Origin: Ignisphaera sp.
GTDB taxonomy: Archaea > Thermoproteota > Thermoprotei_A > Sulfolobales > Ignisphaeraceae
NCBI GenBank assembly: GCA_038889075.1
Contig: JAWAHS010000001.1
Coordinates: forward strand, 311,764 to 375,763
DNA length: 64,000 nt
Reading direction: 5' to 3'
Position 1 is the first letter of the stretch. Every line of letters begins with the position of its first letter. The notes under the pieces were generated by a model. That model saw only the letters and a program-made list of their open reading frames with translations, had not been told where the DNA came from and searched no databases. The position numbers and the translations under genes are program-made. Of this stretch, positions 28,723 through 38,337 are shown one piece after another.

Positions 28723-29317
28723 TTCCCACCACCTCTTCTATGGTGTTTTTTTATCTTCCTAAACTTCTGGGATCGCTTACCGTATATCCTGGCGGCGAAC
28801 GATGTTACTATCGCAACGAAGTCCTCCACTAGTTCATCCATGTAGCCTTGTGAAGCTGTTTCGTTTTTCATATTTGTTCGTATCGGTTGATAATGATAGA
28901 AACATTTATAAACACCTTATACACTAATATGCGTGAAGGTACCTCGATGAGGGATCGAGAGCCCTCGGCAAGGGCTCTCCCCGAGACACAGCAAGATGTG
29001 GGGTGCCCGGGGTCACCCTGAACGCCCCTAAGCCCGATGAGAACCCGAGCGGAATGCAGGGGAACAAGAGATGAGGCGATGACATCAACCAACAAAAACC
29101 CACATCAGAGCTGAACCCCCTTCTCGCTCTCCTCTACAACCTCTACTCTAACACCGTGCGACTCGAAGAACCGAGCGAGGTACTCGAAGCCAAACCTGGT
29201 CAACCTATCGCGGAACTCTACAACCACAACACTTATCTCGTGTTTAACCGCCATATCGAGGAGTTTCTGTAAACCACTACGCTTCTCATTCAAACCACTC
29301 GCAACATCTGTTACAAT
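28685..29317 (-). pseudogene. tnpA: IS607 TnpA serine recombinase: 5'-truncated, interrupted and frameshifted
   Basis: TDVASGLNEKRSGL..DRLTRFGF..EESEKG | YMDELVEDFVAIVTSFAARIYG rejoin in frame when 28846-29117 is removed; an extra A in the A7 run at 28746-52 breaks the C-terminus. Confidence 0.88.
28846..29117 (+). mobile_element. Non-autonomous IS607-type mini-element (left end + TATA + omega-RNA-like scaffold + right end), copy 1
   Basis: Clean 272-bp insertion at a CC/GG core in tnpA; TTTATAAA at 28905-12; GATGTGGGGT..CCCGATGA..ATGCAGGGGAA scaffold; ends related to copy 2. Confidence 0.8.
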
Positions 29318-29355
29318 CCCGAAAGCCTCGTCCTTTAGGGCGGGGAGGAGGTCAG
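29318..29355 (+). mobile_element. Isolated IS200/IS605-type end hairpin
   Basis: AAGCCTCGTCC-TTTA-GGGCGGGGAGGAGGTCAG: GC-rich hairpin ending in TCAG, as in archaeal IS605/IS1341 right ends. Confidence 0.6.
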
Positions 29356-29379
29356 TTAATTTCTCTGGTTAAACTTTCA

Positions 29380-29868
29380 TTATTCAGAGATTCTTAAAGT
29401 CTTTAAATACTCTATTAAACCCCCAGCTTTTAAGATATCAAGAGCCATTCCCGCTATACCTTTACATTTAATTACTTTATCATCTACTATGACCTCACCA
29501 CTTTCGATATTGATTTTAATTGTATCATTTTCATTGACTTCCTTAGTTATATTGGGACATACTATAACAGGAAGTCCATTATTTATAGCGTTTCTATAGA
29601 ATATCCTCGCAAAGGATTCTGCTAAGATAGCCTTAATACCTGCAGCTTTAATTGCTATAGCAGCTTGCTCTCTTGAAGAACCCATGCCAAATACCTTACC
29701 AGCTACTATAATAGCTCCCTTTGCCTTTCTATGAAATTCAGGATCTATAGGTTCGAATACATGCTGGGCTAGATATTCTGGATCCGTATACTTGAGATGT
29801 TTAGCTGGGATGATAATATCTGTGTCTATTTTGTCACCAAGCTTAATTACACGTCCTTCTATAATCAT
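29380..29868 (-). CDS. leuD: 3-isopropylmalate/homoaconitate dehydratase small subunit
   Basis: [19 protein letters not shown] and [17 protein letters not shown] motifs. Confidence 0.9.
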   Translation of the reverse strand: MIIEGRVIKLGDKIDTDIIIPAKHLKYTDPEYLAQHVFEPIDPEFHRKAKGAIIVAGKVFGMGSSREQAAIAIKAAGIKAILAESFARIFYRNAINNGLPVIVCPNITKEVNENDTIKINIESGEVIVDDKVIKCKGIAGMALDILKAGGLIEYLKTLRISE

Positions 29869-31142
29869 ATTACATCCCCAGGTTCAGCTATTTTACCTAA
29901 GACAGCAGTTGCTGCAGCTATAGATGGCCCCGAGAGATATATTTTTGCTTGAGAACTACCCATCCTACCAATGAAGTTTCTATTCGATGTTGATACGACA
30001 ACCTCATTTGGTGCTGCAATACCAAAATGTCCACCTATGCATGGACCACATGTTCCATAGGTGACTATGCATCCAGCTTCTACAAGGGTCTGTATATAAC
30101 CAAGTTCCATAGCTTTTCTAAATATACTCCAAGAAGCTGGAATAACTATGCATCTAGTCTTAACTTTTCTACCCTTTACTATTTTTGCGGCAATCTCAAG
30201 ATCGCTCAACCTGCCATTCGTACAAGAACCTATGAAAACGTAATCTACATCTATACTGGAAACCTCCCTCACACTTTTAACATTATCAACACTATGTGGT
30301 GCTGACACCAGGAGATCTACTTTATCGAGCTCTATTGTATACACATCAACGTATTCAGCATCATTATCAGGTGAGATTGCCTTTGGCATCAGTCCTCTCA
30401 TATCAGTTATGTAGTTGATAGTAATTTCATCCGGCACGAACATCAGTGCATCAGCATTCATTTCAATACCCATATTAGCAACGGTCGCCCTATAATCCAT
30501 TGGAAAACTCTTTGGCTCTTCTATAAAGACCTCTATTGCCATACCGTTAAAGTAATCTGCTTTAAAAACCCTTAAAATTTCTAGAGCCACATCCTTTCCT
30601 GTTACCCAATTTCCCAGCCTTCCGCTCAACACTATTTTGAATGGATATGGTACCGTCATCCACGTCTTTCCAGTAATTATTGTAGCAGCAACATCGCTTG
30701 CACCCATACCTTGCGAAAAAGCACCTAGTGCACCAGATGTAGTTGTATGGCTATCTGCAGCTATAACGATATGTCCGGGTAGTACATATTTTTCTAGTAG
30801 GATTTGATGCAAAATACCATAACCAACATCGTGGAAGTTTCTGATCTTAAGAGCCTTGGCGAAACCTCTTATATATTGCTGTATCTCAGCACTCCTTACA
30901 TCTGGAGGAGGAGCTAGATGGTCAAATGCTATGACAAGTGAGTTCGTATCGTGAATTTTCAACATGTTTGCCCTTTCCATAACTTCGATAACGTGGTACC
31001 CAGTTAGATCATGAAAGGCAACAATATCGACATTAGTTTCTATGACATCCCCCGGGGATACGCTCTTTCCAGAGCCTCTGCTTAAGATTTTCTCGGTTAG
31101 TGTTTTGCCCATTTTATCACCACGATCTATTAGATAGACCAA
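29865..31142 (-). CDS. leuC: 3-isopropylmalate/homoaconitate dehydratase large subunit
   Basis: TLTEKIL, FDH, ADSHT, GSCTNGR, CGPCIG and [12 protein letters not shown] motifs. Confidence 0.92.
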   Translation of the reverse strand: MVYLIDRGDKMGKTLTEKILSRGSGKSVSPGDVIETNVDIVAFHDLTGYHVIEVMERANMLKIHDTNSLVIAFDHLAPPPDVRSAEIQQYIRGFAKALKIRNFHDVGYGILHQILLEKYVLPGHIVIAADSHTTTSGALGAFSQGMGASDVAATIITGKTWMTVPYPFKIVLSGRLGNWVTGKDVALEILRVFKADYFNGMAIEVFIEEPKSFPMDYRATVANMGIEMNADALMFVPDEITINYITDMRGLMPKAISPDNDAEYVDVYTIELDKVDLLVSAPHSVDNVKSVREVSSIDVDYVFIGSCTNGRLSDLEIAAKIVKGRKVKTRCIVIPASWSIFRKAMELGYIQTLVEAGCIVTYGTCGPCIGGHFGIAAPNEVVVSTSNRNFIGRMGSSQAKIYLSGPSIAAATAVLGKIAEPGDVI

Positions 31143-31487
31143 ACTTGGATGTTGATATTAAATATGCTCACATAAATGGTAAGATATAAGCGAACATGCT
31201 CCATAAAGCTCCATATATCAATTGAATTTATTATATAGATGCGTGAGATTGGAATTCGCTTTGATATAGATTTATATTAAGTCAATGTCAGCTTCACTGC
31301 TCCATCTTGTTTCTCCTGCATCCTTTTCAAGTTTTTGTCTAGATTAGGAGTGTTTAGGAACATCTACATCTTACGTAGTGTATGTTGACGCTGCATTCTC
31401 CTATAGAACTAAAGGAAGTTAGCTGAATGACATTGTAATAGAGCCTTACAAAGTCAACCAGATTCTCATAGCCATTGCTACTCTTGC

Positions 31488-31522
31488 AGAAGCTGTTCTC
31501 CGATTACCATTGAACAGCTTCT
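31488..31522. repeat. Perfect 11-bp inverted repeat with 13-nt spacer
   Basis: AGAAGCTGTTC ... GAACAGCTTCT within a 900-bp gap lacking long ORFs. Confidence 0.7.
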
Positions 31523-32044
31523 AGGTAAAGGTTAGTGAAATAGAGTTGAATTGTTTAGATTAATGTTATGTATAGGAATAGAGGCTACAAACACTATATA
31601 TTGAGGGTAATAGAGAAAGAGCTAGGTAGCTATATAAAACGAAGTACATATATTGCTCATCAGAAGAGTAACCCAAAGTACAGTGTGAAACTCACAATAG
31701 TTTCGCAAAGCAGCTCGTTATTACTAATTAATACAAGATTGTGAAATTGAATAATAAAGTTAGAACTGCATCCAACCGTATAGTTCAAAGCTATGATGTA
31801 ACATCTTTGATCTCATTAAATATGAATTGATTTAATAGTGTTCCTAGGATGTCAGCTAATGTATCTTAAATCAATTGCCGAAATTTACAATTCCGTATGT
31901 TCTAGAATTCCACGGGGTATATCCAAATGTTCTTAATGGGATGCAAATCCTTGAATTTATAATACAAAGATGTGTAGAAATGCGATATTAAAATGATGCG
32001 AACTTTACTGAGGATGGATCCCATTGTCCATTGGAGGATGGAAA

Positions 32045-32395
32045 TTAAATCTCATTCTGCTTTACATATGCAAAATATTTTAATGTAAGAGAATGCAGTA
32101 TTCTAAGAACCTCCTTAATTTCAGCTAGCAATTCTCCATCCTTTACATCACTTACGGTGATGCTCTTTACATTTGGAAGAGTTAGTTTGAGTTCCGTACA
32201 TATGTCTCTATTTAACATTATATAGTTTACTTCACCGGCTATACCAGTCTTTTGCATGAGAAAGCTATATAACTCATTACAGTTTTTAAATATTACAGAA
32301 TTTTCTATTCCAGCTATACCTCTTACAACTAAACCTATTATAAAATCATCGAGCCGATCTATTACTAGAATCCGGGTTTCCTTTTTTAGATACAC
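32045..32395 (-). CDS. Hypothetical protein
   Basis: 116-aa ORF overlapping the rpoL end on the same strand. Confidence 0.55.
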   Translation of the reverse strand: MYLKKETRILVIDRLDDFIIGLVVRGIAGIENSVIFKNCNELYSFLMQKTGIAGEVNYIMLNRDICTELKLTLPNVKSITVSDVKDGELLAEIKEVLRILHSLTLKYFAYVKQNEI

Positions 32396-32681
32396 TAGTT
32401 ACTGCCTCATCGAATTTTTTTAAAAATTCCTTTACAAGCATTTCAGCCTCTTCCATAACCGATGCTAGGACCTCGAGAGGATGGACAGAACCATCTGTTA
32501 GAATAACTACTTCAGGATAAGATACAATAGGATGTTCAAGAATATAAGCTGAATATACAACACCAGGTTTTTTTAGTGCAAGCTTTGTAATTAGATTAGG
32601 GATAGAATGTTTATCTTCATCACGTATAATAAATCTAAGCTCCTTATCCGATATCTTTTTTAACTCTACAGCTATTCCCAA
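32346..32681 (-). CDS. rpoL: RNA polymerase subunit L (Rpo11)
   Basis: EDKHSIPNLI, PGVVYSAY and EHP motifs; context next to csl4. Confidence 0.88.
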   Translation of the reverse strand: MGIAVELKKISDKELRFIIRDEDKHSIPNLITKLALKKPGVVYSAYILEHPIVSYPEVVILTDGSVHPLEVLASVMEEAEMLVKEFLKKFDEAVTSVSKKGNPDSSNRSAR

Positions 32682-32748
32682 ATGAATACCACCATGTTAA
32701 GTTTATATAGTTCTATAAACCTAGCTTATAAGTATTATATTAGGATTT

Positions 32749-33384
32749 TTATGAGAACTCCCCATATTCAGAAAGGTACTCGACAAGGACTTTTAAGGCA
32801 TCTTGCCATGGCATTTTAAGTTCGAGATCCTCAGATATAATGTTTCTATCCTTTAATACATTTATTAGCTCGCTGATGTTGGTATTGAATAGTGAAGAGG
32901 AGGCAAGCAATAACTTCTTAAGACCGTATGGGTAATCTTCATGAGAAATTCTCTCCATTACTTGGGCAATGTGTCTAGCATACTCTATAACCGTATCAAG
33001 ATCTAGATCAACATATAGAGTTGAATGATAAACTCTAGGATTGACTTTTAGAGAATACCTCAAAACCTCTGCAAGAACATCCATAGGAATAGTCTTCCTG
33101 ACTATCTTGGCTAACTCATCTGCTTTTATACCTTTCTGTGGATTCAACCGTTTTGTATTCATATACGATTCTATGTATTCTCTTATTCTAACAATAGACG
33201 CTTGTACCTTTGGTTCAAGACCTATAACTCTAAAAACGAGCTTGTTATGCCTAAACTCAGCAATAAGCTCAGCTTCAAGTGGTAGCTCCTCATCTATTTT
33301 TTCTAGAAGATCTAAGCATATCGTAGGATTTGAGCAATTATACGAAAATACCCTCTCTATGTAGATATTTTTATCGCTAACCAA
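32749..33384 (-). CDS. DUF2067-like protein
   Basis: Lies between csl4 and rpoL; CLDLLEKI and IPMDVLAEVL motifs. Confidence 0.6.
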   Translation of the reverse strand: MVSDKNIYIERVFSYNCSNPTICLDLLEKIDEELPLEAELIAEFRHNKLVFRVIGLEPKVQASIVRIREYIESYMNTKRLNPQKGIKADELAKIVRKTIPMDVLAEVLRYSLKVNPRVYHSTLYVDLDLDTVIEYARHIAQVMERISHEDYPYGLKKLLLASSSLFNTNISELINVLKDRNIISEDLELKMPWQDALKVLVEYLSEYGEFS

Positions 33385-33386
33385 AC

Positions 33387-33947
33387 TTATTTCCCCCGTA
33401 TAGACATGTAATCTACAGATGCCTTTCTGCTTTCAATATTGTTACACCTTGTGCATCTCAATACATCTCCCACCTTAGTCAGTGTACCACCGCATTTTGA
33501 ACAATATGCTAATATTACACCTAACTTAGGATCCTTCATAGATACCATATAGGGTATGTAATTGTTGAGGATCTTTACCTTTACGAAGTCTCCTAGTCTA
33601 ATATAATCGTAGATATTCTGTACCCTTGATTCCATTACCTGCGATATATGAAGAACACCTGTATAAATGTGTTTCAGTGGAGTAGCGACATCATAGCCAA
33701 TGATCTTAATAGTAGCCATCTCATCTCGTACTCTATCAACGACACCTATTACAATATCACCAGGTTTAAGTCTTCTTAGATTTTTTACAGGTCTTACATA
33801 CACTCTTCGACTAGCTATATCATATATGGGAACACCTATTATGCTTGCTCGTATTACTCCATTGAGTGTATAAACACCTTCAACTGGTATGAACTCCTCT
33901 TCAACACACAACATCTCTCCTGGAACTACTACTTCCTTTTCCTTCAT
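33387..33947 (-). CDS. csl4: Exosome RNA-binding subunit Csl4
   Basis: VVPGE..EEFIP, S1 domain, LGVILAYCSKCG..CTRC..ESRK zinc ribbon. Confidence 0.93.
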   Translation of the reverse strand: MKEKEVVVPGEMLCVEEEFIPVEGVYTLNGVIRASIIGVPIYDIASRRVYVRPVKNLRRLKPGDIVIGVVDRVRDEMATIKIIGYDVATPLKHIYTGVLHISQVMESRVQNIYDYIRLGDFVKVKILNNYIPYMVSMKDPKLGVILAYCSKCGGTLTKVGDVLRCTRCNNIESRKASVDYMSIRGK

Positions 33948-33959
33948 ATCTAGAGCACC

Positions 33960-34583
33960 CTATTTTGTAAACTTGTATATGGAGACTTTAAACCTATGAA
34001 TACGTTTTACATGGTCTTCGTATGTTGCATGAATGAGCATGCTGCCAGTATGTATTATTCGTACTGTGTAACCCTTTCTATAGGCTAGCTTGGTTATAAG
34101 TTTATGTGAATTGGGATTGTATTTATGAATAGAGTATATATTAGAAGGTGAAATCTCAAAGGCTTTTTCAAGAAATTCGAGATCCATTCCCCAGCTATAC
34201 ACACCAAATGGAGGATTCATAACTATGGTATCTATGGATCTAAGGAAAAGTTTTCTTACATCACAACATATGTAGTGTATATTCGATGAAACACTGGGTA
34301 CACCATCTAGAAACTTTTTTGCTATGTACAATGCAGTGGGGTCTATATCTATACAAAGAACATTTTTAGCACCAAGAAGGAGAGTACCATAGCTTAGAAT
34401 ACCTGTTCCGCATCCTAAATCAGCAACGGTCTTACCTTTAATATCACCATGTATGTATGCATTCCATAATAGTTCACTTGCTATAGAACTATCACACATG
34501 TACTGCTCAAGTTTCTTTATAGGTGTTCTAAATGATGGAACATCTGTGAGAGCGATTTCAAGCTCCTTCTTATTCCTTACCAT
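33960..34583 (-). CDS. METTL5-family methyltransferase
   Basis: LEQY, DLGCGTGIL, MNPPFG and YSIHK motifs. Confidence 0.9.
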   Translation of the reverse strand: MVRNKKELEIALTDVPSFRTPIKKLEQYMCDSSIASELLWNAYIHGDIKGKTVADLGCGTGILSYGTLLLGAKNVLCIDIDPTALYIAKKFLDGVPSVSSNIHYICCDVRKLFLRSIDTIVMNPPFGVYSWGMDLEFLEKAFEISPSNIYSIHKYNPNSHKLITKLAYRKGYTVRIIHTGSMLIHATYEDHVKRIHRFKVSIYKFTK

Positions 34584-35575
34584 GGATATGCATACCTATT
34601 TATATCACCATGGAGTACGGAATACGCTTCACCAACTGTTAAAACCGGTTTATCAAGATCTGTAAAATCGAATGCTAGATAGGGACAGGATGCTACAACT
34701 ACTGCATCGAAATTTCTACCGGCTTCAATATTTATTAGAAACTCTCTATCCAGTTTTAGAGCTTTCACAATATAGTATTCCTTACCATTGGTCTTAAGTA
34801 GCTCAGCTAATCGAGCTACAATGTCCTCCCTATGCTGGCCATAAAATCCATCAATTATAAGCCATCTTTTGGCACTAATAGCTTGAAACATTTTCCACAT
34901 TCTAACTTTCAAAATTTTTTCAACATCTTTAACAGGGCTCCATAAATTATAGTTATATGGATCTAAACACAGAATCTTTGAAAGACTTTGGAAACCATTT
35001 TTTCCATATTCAAACAGAGCTTGGGCTATACAATGAAATCTACCGCCACTAACAACGATAAGTAAACTACAGTCATTACTCGGTACTGGACGACAGCCCA
35101 TAATAATACCCCTATAGATGCATTTACATCTTTCAATACTAGTACAAATAGATTCGACTACAGTAGCATGCTGAGCTGAAGTTGCTAAGCATATCTTATC
35201 ACACTCCTTAAGATTTAGATTTTCAATAATTTTTAAAATTCTTAATTTATCAATGCCTGTGTATTCTACTGGTATGAATAGTACTTCAGAATTATAGGTA
35301 TAGTACGGATATGGTGTATGACCAAAATGAATTATTAGATCGGCGTTCACAGTTCTAGCTCCATATTCATCAACAAGACACGAACCATATGACGGATTCG
35401 CTGAGATGAAAATTTCAATATCTCTATCTAATAGCCTCCTAATGTTATCTATAATAAATTTGATACATTGTTGGAAACCTTCTGGTAATTGTATATATAG
35501 TCTTTGTACATTTCTTTGTTTTATAATATCAACTAGCTTCTCAATTTTAAAATTAAAATTGCTACAGAATTCCAT
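34577..35575 (-). CDS. dph2: Diphthamide biosynthesis enzyme Dph2
   Basis: QLPEG, YGSC, HFGH, MGC, GGRFH and SCP motifs (three Fe-S cysteines). Confidence 0.88.
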   Translation of the reverse strand: MEFCSNFNFKIEKLVDIIKQRNVQRLYIQLPEGFQQCIKFIIDNIRRLLDRDIEIFISANPSYGSCLVDEYGARTVNADLIIHFGHTPYPYYTYNSEVLFIPVEYTGIDKLRILKIIENLNLKECDKICLATSAQHATVVESICTSIERCKCIYRGIIMGCRPVPSNDCSLLIVVSGGRFHCIAQALFEYGKNGFQSLSKILCLDPYNYNLWSPVKDVEKILKVRMWKMFQAISAKRWLIIDGFYGQHREDIVARLAELLKTNGKEYYIVKALKLDREFLINIEAGRNFDAVVVASCPYLAFDFTDLDKPVLTVGEAYSVLHGDINRYAYPW

Positions 35576-35586
35576 GATATACTACA

Positions 35587-36102
35587 TCACTTAAGGATCT
35601 CGATATCTATACTGCACTTAACTGGTAGTTTTGTAGAGGCTCTTCTTAGAGCTTCTTTCAGTATATCAATATGTTGTTTATAGCCTAGAACTTCTACAAT
35701 TTCATCCCAAGGAGCGACAACGCAACCTACACCAACAGGTTTTCCAAAGGCTCTCCTCATACCCTCTTGCAGTCGGTCAGCACCTGCAAAAGCCATCATC
35801 TTATGTTCTCTCAAAACTTGATGAGGATACTTTCTTACAACTAGTACAAAGTTTTGTTCATTAATTTCGGTACTTAGGAACTTGTGAGCCATGATTCTGG
35901 CAGCCTCTAATGCATTATGTCGTATAATTCCTCCTTCAAGAGCCTTAAGCACAAGCCTTACCTCCGGATTGAGCTTCGTATTGCCCATAACAAACTTTGA
36001 AATCTTAGGTGGTGGTATACCATGTATATACTCCCGTCTCGTATATGGTGGTTTTTGCTGATGCGTATAGCATCTAGCTGGTTTTAGAGGCATCCTAATC
36101 AC
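35587..36102 (-). CDS. rpl10e: 50S ribosomal protein L10e (uL16)
   Basis: PARCY, NALEAAR, YPHQVLREHK and GADRLQEGMRRAFGKP motifs. Confidence 0.97.
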   Translation of the reverse strand: MIRMPLKPARCYTHQQKPPYTRREYIHGIPPPKISKFVMGNTKLNPEVRLVLKALEGGIIRHNALEAARIMAHKFLSTEINEQNFVLVVRKYPHQVLREHKMMAFAGADRLQEGMRRAFGKPVGVGCVVAPWDEIVEVLGYKQHIDILKEALRRASTKLPVKCSIDIEILK

Positions 36103-36116
36103 CCTTTAGCTTTAGA

Positions 36117-36869
36117 TTAAGCTGTACTTTCCTCCTTTTTAATTTTACTGTAGATTCTCCTTATAAATGTTATTAAAAGACCTACTTCACTTCTCGATAG
36201 TAGTGTTCTTCTAAACAACCGTTTAAGTGATATGGTAAACAGCTCTTTTTGAAACTCATTGCTCGAAACTATTGTTGCAAGCTCATCAATATATCTATCC
36301 AATATATGAAGCTGTTCTTCACTAGCTTTATCAATTTTATCCAGGACACTGGATTTTTTAAATGCTTTATAGAGTGCGTACAGGACTATTCCTATAGCAT
36401 GGCTAAGATTTAGTATAGGATACTCTGGATTTGCAGCGATATGCACTAACAGATCGCACTTTGCAATCTCATCACGTGTCAGTCCAACACTCTCACGCCC
36501 AAATACTATAGCTACGTCATCGTACCTAACAGCTATATTAACAAATTCGTCCAATTCTATTGCCCTCCTAAGAATATCTATACCTTCAATACTTACGACA
36601 CCAGATGTACACGCTGAAATGCTGACATTTTTTAGAGCATCATCTAATGTATTGTATACCTTAACCCTGCTACTATAAAGGTAATCGACACCTTTTGCAG
36701 CAAACCTCCTTACTTCTTCAGACCATGGATCTATTTGTGGATTTACAATAGCAAGTTCGTCAACATCAAAGTTTTTGCAAAGCCTTACAATAAAACCCAT
36801 ATTTATCTCGCCTTCAATACCTATAACAACAACCTTTAACACAGTTAGCACCTCACTATGATAGAGCAT
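36117..36869 (-). CDS. trmJ: TrmJ-family SPOUT tRNA methyltransferase
   Basis: NMGFIVRLCKNF, VFGRESVGL and YPILNLSHA motifs. Confidence 0.9.
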   Translation of the reverse strand: MLYHSEVLTVLKVVVIGIEGEINMGFIVRLCKNFDVDELAIVNPQIDPWSEEVRRFAAKGVDYLYSSRVKVYNTLDDALKNVSISACTSGVVSIEGIDILRRAIELDEFVNIAVRYDDVAIVFGRESVGLTRDEIAKCDLLVHIAANPEYPILNLSHAIGIVLYALYKAFKKSSVLDKIDKASEEQLHILDRYIDELATIVSSNEFQKELFTISLKRLFRRTLLSRSEVGLLITFIRRIYSKIKKEESTA

Positions 36870-37453
36870 ATAGCTTCGTAGAAAAATTCACTACATTCAT
36901 AAATTTCAATATCGCTACAAACACTTAGTATAGTATCTAAAATTCTTGCTAGACTCTGAAGCGAGGAAAAAATAAATATAACTGTACATCGATTTCTCAA
37001 GCATATGTGTACAGTATCGCTGAAGAATTCTTTCCAAACTTCAATACCTCCGTAACCACCGCTCCATGAAATTCCGATATCGTCGAATTCTTCAACAGGT
37101 ATGTAGGGAGGATTAAAAAACACTATAGACGCAAATGATCCTCTAAAACACTGAGCCGAATAACATTGGATAACATCGATATACATATCGAGACCGTTCC
37201 TCTTTGCTGAACTCCAAGAAGTATAAGCTGCACAGGGTGATATGTCCGTTAGTATACCATATAGGTTTGCTCTTCTACTAGTAATAAGTAGATAGTTGCT
37301 AACATAACCACTTCCACTACCAATTTCTACAAACACTATATCTCTATTCCTATGTTCAGTAAAGAGCTCTTTTACTGTTTTAGCTAGTATATAGCTATCC
37401 TCAGCAGGTTCGTATACATACTCATTCACTAATATCTTCATATTATCGTACAT
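36845..37453 (-). CDS. HemK2/Mtq2-like release-factor glutamine methyltransferase
   Basis: VYEPAEDS, EIGSGSG, FNPPY and WSGG motifs; ATG overlaps the ksgA stop. Confidence 0.88.
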   Translation of the reverse strand: MYDNMKILVNEYVYEPAEDSYILAKTVKELFTEHRNRDIVFVEIGSGSGYVSNYLLITSRRANLYGILTDISPCAAYTSWSSAKRNGLDMYIDVIQCYSAQCFRGSFASIVFFNPPYIPVEEFDDIGISWSGGYGGIEVWKEFFSDTVHICLRNRCTVIFIFSSLQSLARILDTILSVCSDIEIYECSEFFYEAICSIIVRC

Positions 37454-38337
37454 CAGTTCTCTGTCCTTAGCTTTACATATATATTGACCAGTTCCATTAT
37501 ATCTTCTATTGTAAGGTGTGCAACCCGTTTCCTCCATATACTACCTTCCACTCTTATTTTCTCATCCAGTTTCTTACCTAAACAGTATTCGAATGCTTTT
37601 ATCACAAGTTTACGTTTATAACTAAATAAACATTTTGTTAATTCTTCAATTGTCTCTACGTACCGGTCGTATAACCTCTTACGTCTAAGAACTATAATAG
37701 ATGAAGATACCTGTGGATGGGGTACAAATAGTACAGGAGGAACAGCCTTTAATATCTCTACATCAAATAGTAGCTGTATTAGTATTGAGAGTTTCCCATA
37801 GTTTTTAGTACCTGGTTTAGAAACAATTCTTTCAGCAACATCTTTTTGCATAGTCAGTAAAGCAAACGGTATATCACTTCGCGCTATAGCTAACAATAGA
37901 TGCGACGTTATATGATAGGGAATGTTACCAGTAACAAGATCTATACCCCTTATAGACTCCAGTAGAGTTAGTGCATCGCCTATTACAATCTCTACATTAT
38001 TATAAACCCTTTTTATCTCTTGAAGAATAGGCGCAAATCTATGATCTATTTCTACTGCAATTATTAGAGCATTCCCATTTTCACTTCCTAGAAACTGAGT
38101 CAAATTCCCTATACCAGCACCAATTTCAAGAATCGTAGCTGTATCCCTACATGGTGTTAATTCACTTGATTTTTTAGCTATAAAGGAAAGGATTTTTGGA
38201 TCTATTAACACTATTTGGCTAAGCCTTCTTCTAAGCCTTATACCATGTTTTCTAAGTTTAGCTTTCATCCAGCTTATCAATTCCTTCCGAGAATTTGGTA
38301 GAGTCCTACCATGGTTCAGAGTATTTAATTCTTTCAT
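37453..38337 (-). CDS. rsmA: 16S rRNA dimethyladenosine transferase KsgA/Dim1
   Basis: LEIGAGIGNLT, GDAL, GNIPYHIT, MQKDVAERI and YGKLS motifs. Confidence 0.92.
   Translation of the reverse strand: MKELNTLNHGRTLPNSRKELISWMKAKLRKHGIRLRRRLSQIVLIDPKILSFIAKKSSELTPCRDTATILEIGAGIGNLTQFLGSENGNALIIAVEIDHRFAPILQEIKRVYNNVEIVIGDALTLLESIRGIDLVTGNIPYHITSHLLLAIARSDIPFALLTMQKDVAERIVSKPGTKNYGKLSILIQLLFDVEILKAVPPVLFVPHPQVSSSIIVLRRKRLYDRYVETIEELTKCLFSYKRKLVIKAFEYCLGKKLDEKIRVEGSIWRKRVAHLTIEDIMELVNIYVKLRTEN

Larger units (their letters stand above)
27405..29317 (-). mobile_element. Decayed IS607-family element (tnpA fragments + tnpB); left end lost
   Basis: Serine-recombinase tnpA fragments overlapping tnpB; higher GC than flanks; A/C-rich imperfect subterminal repeats at the right end (boundary approximate). 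Confidence 0.85.

Noticed and set aside
28746-28752. A7 run as a programmed frameshift fusing TnpA to TnpB
   Set aside because: The TnpB frame has a TAG right after the run; a +1 homopolymer mutation or sequencing error explains it better.
28868-29095. 75-aa minus-strand ORF
   Set aside because: Lies antisense within the structured mini-element; a by-product of GC-rich non-coding sequence.
31993-32040. Possible C/D sRNA (ATGATGC..CTGA)
   Set aside because: The first guide is only 8 nt, and there is no convincing C' or final D box.
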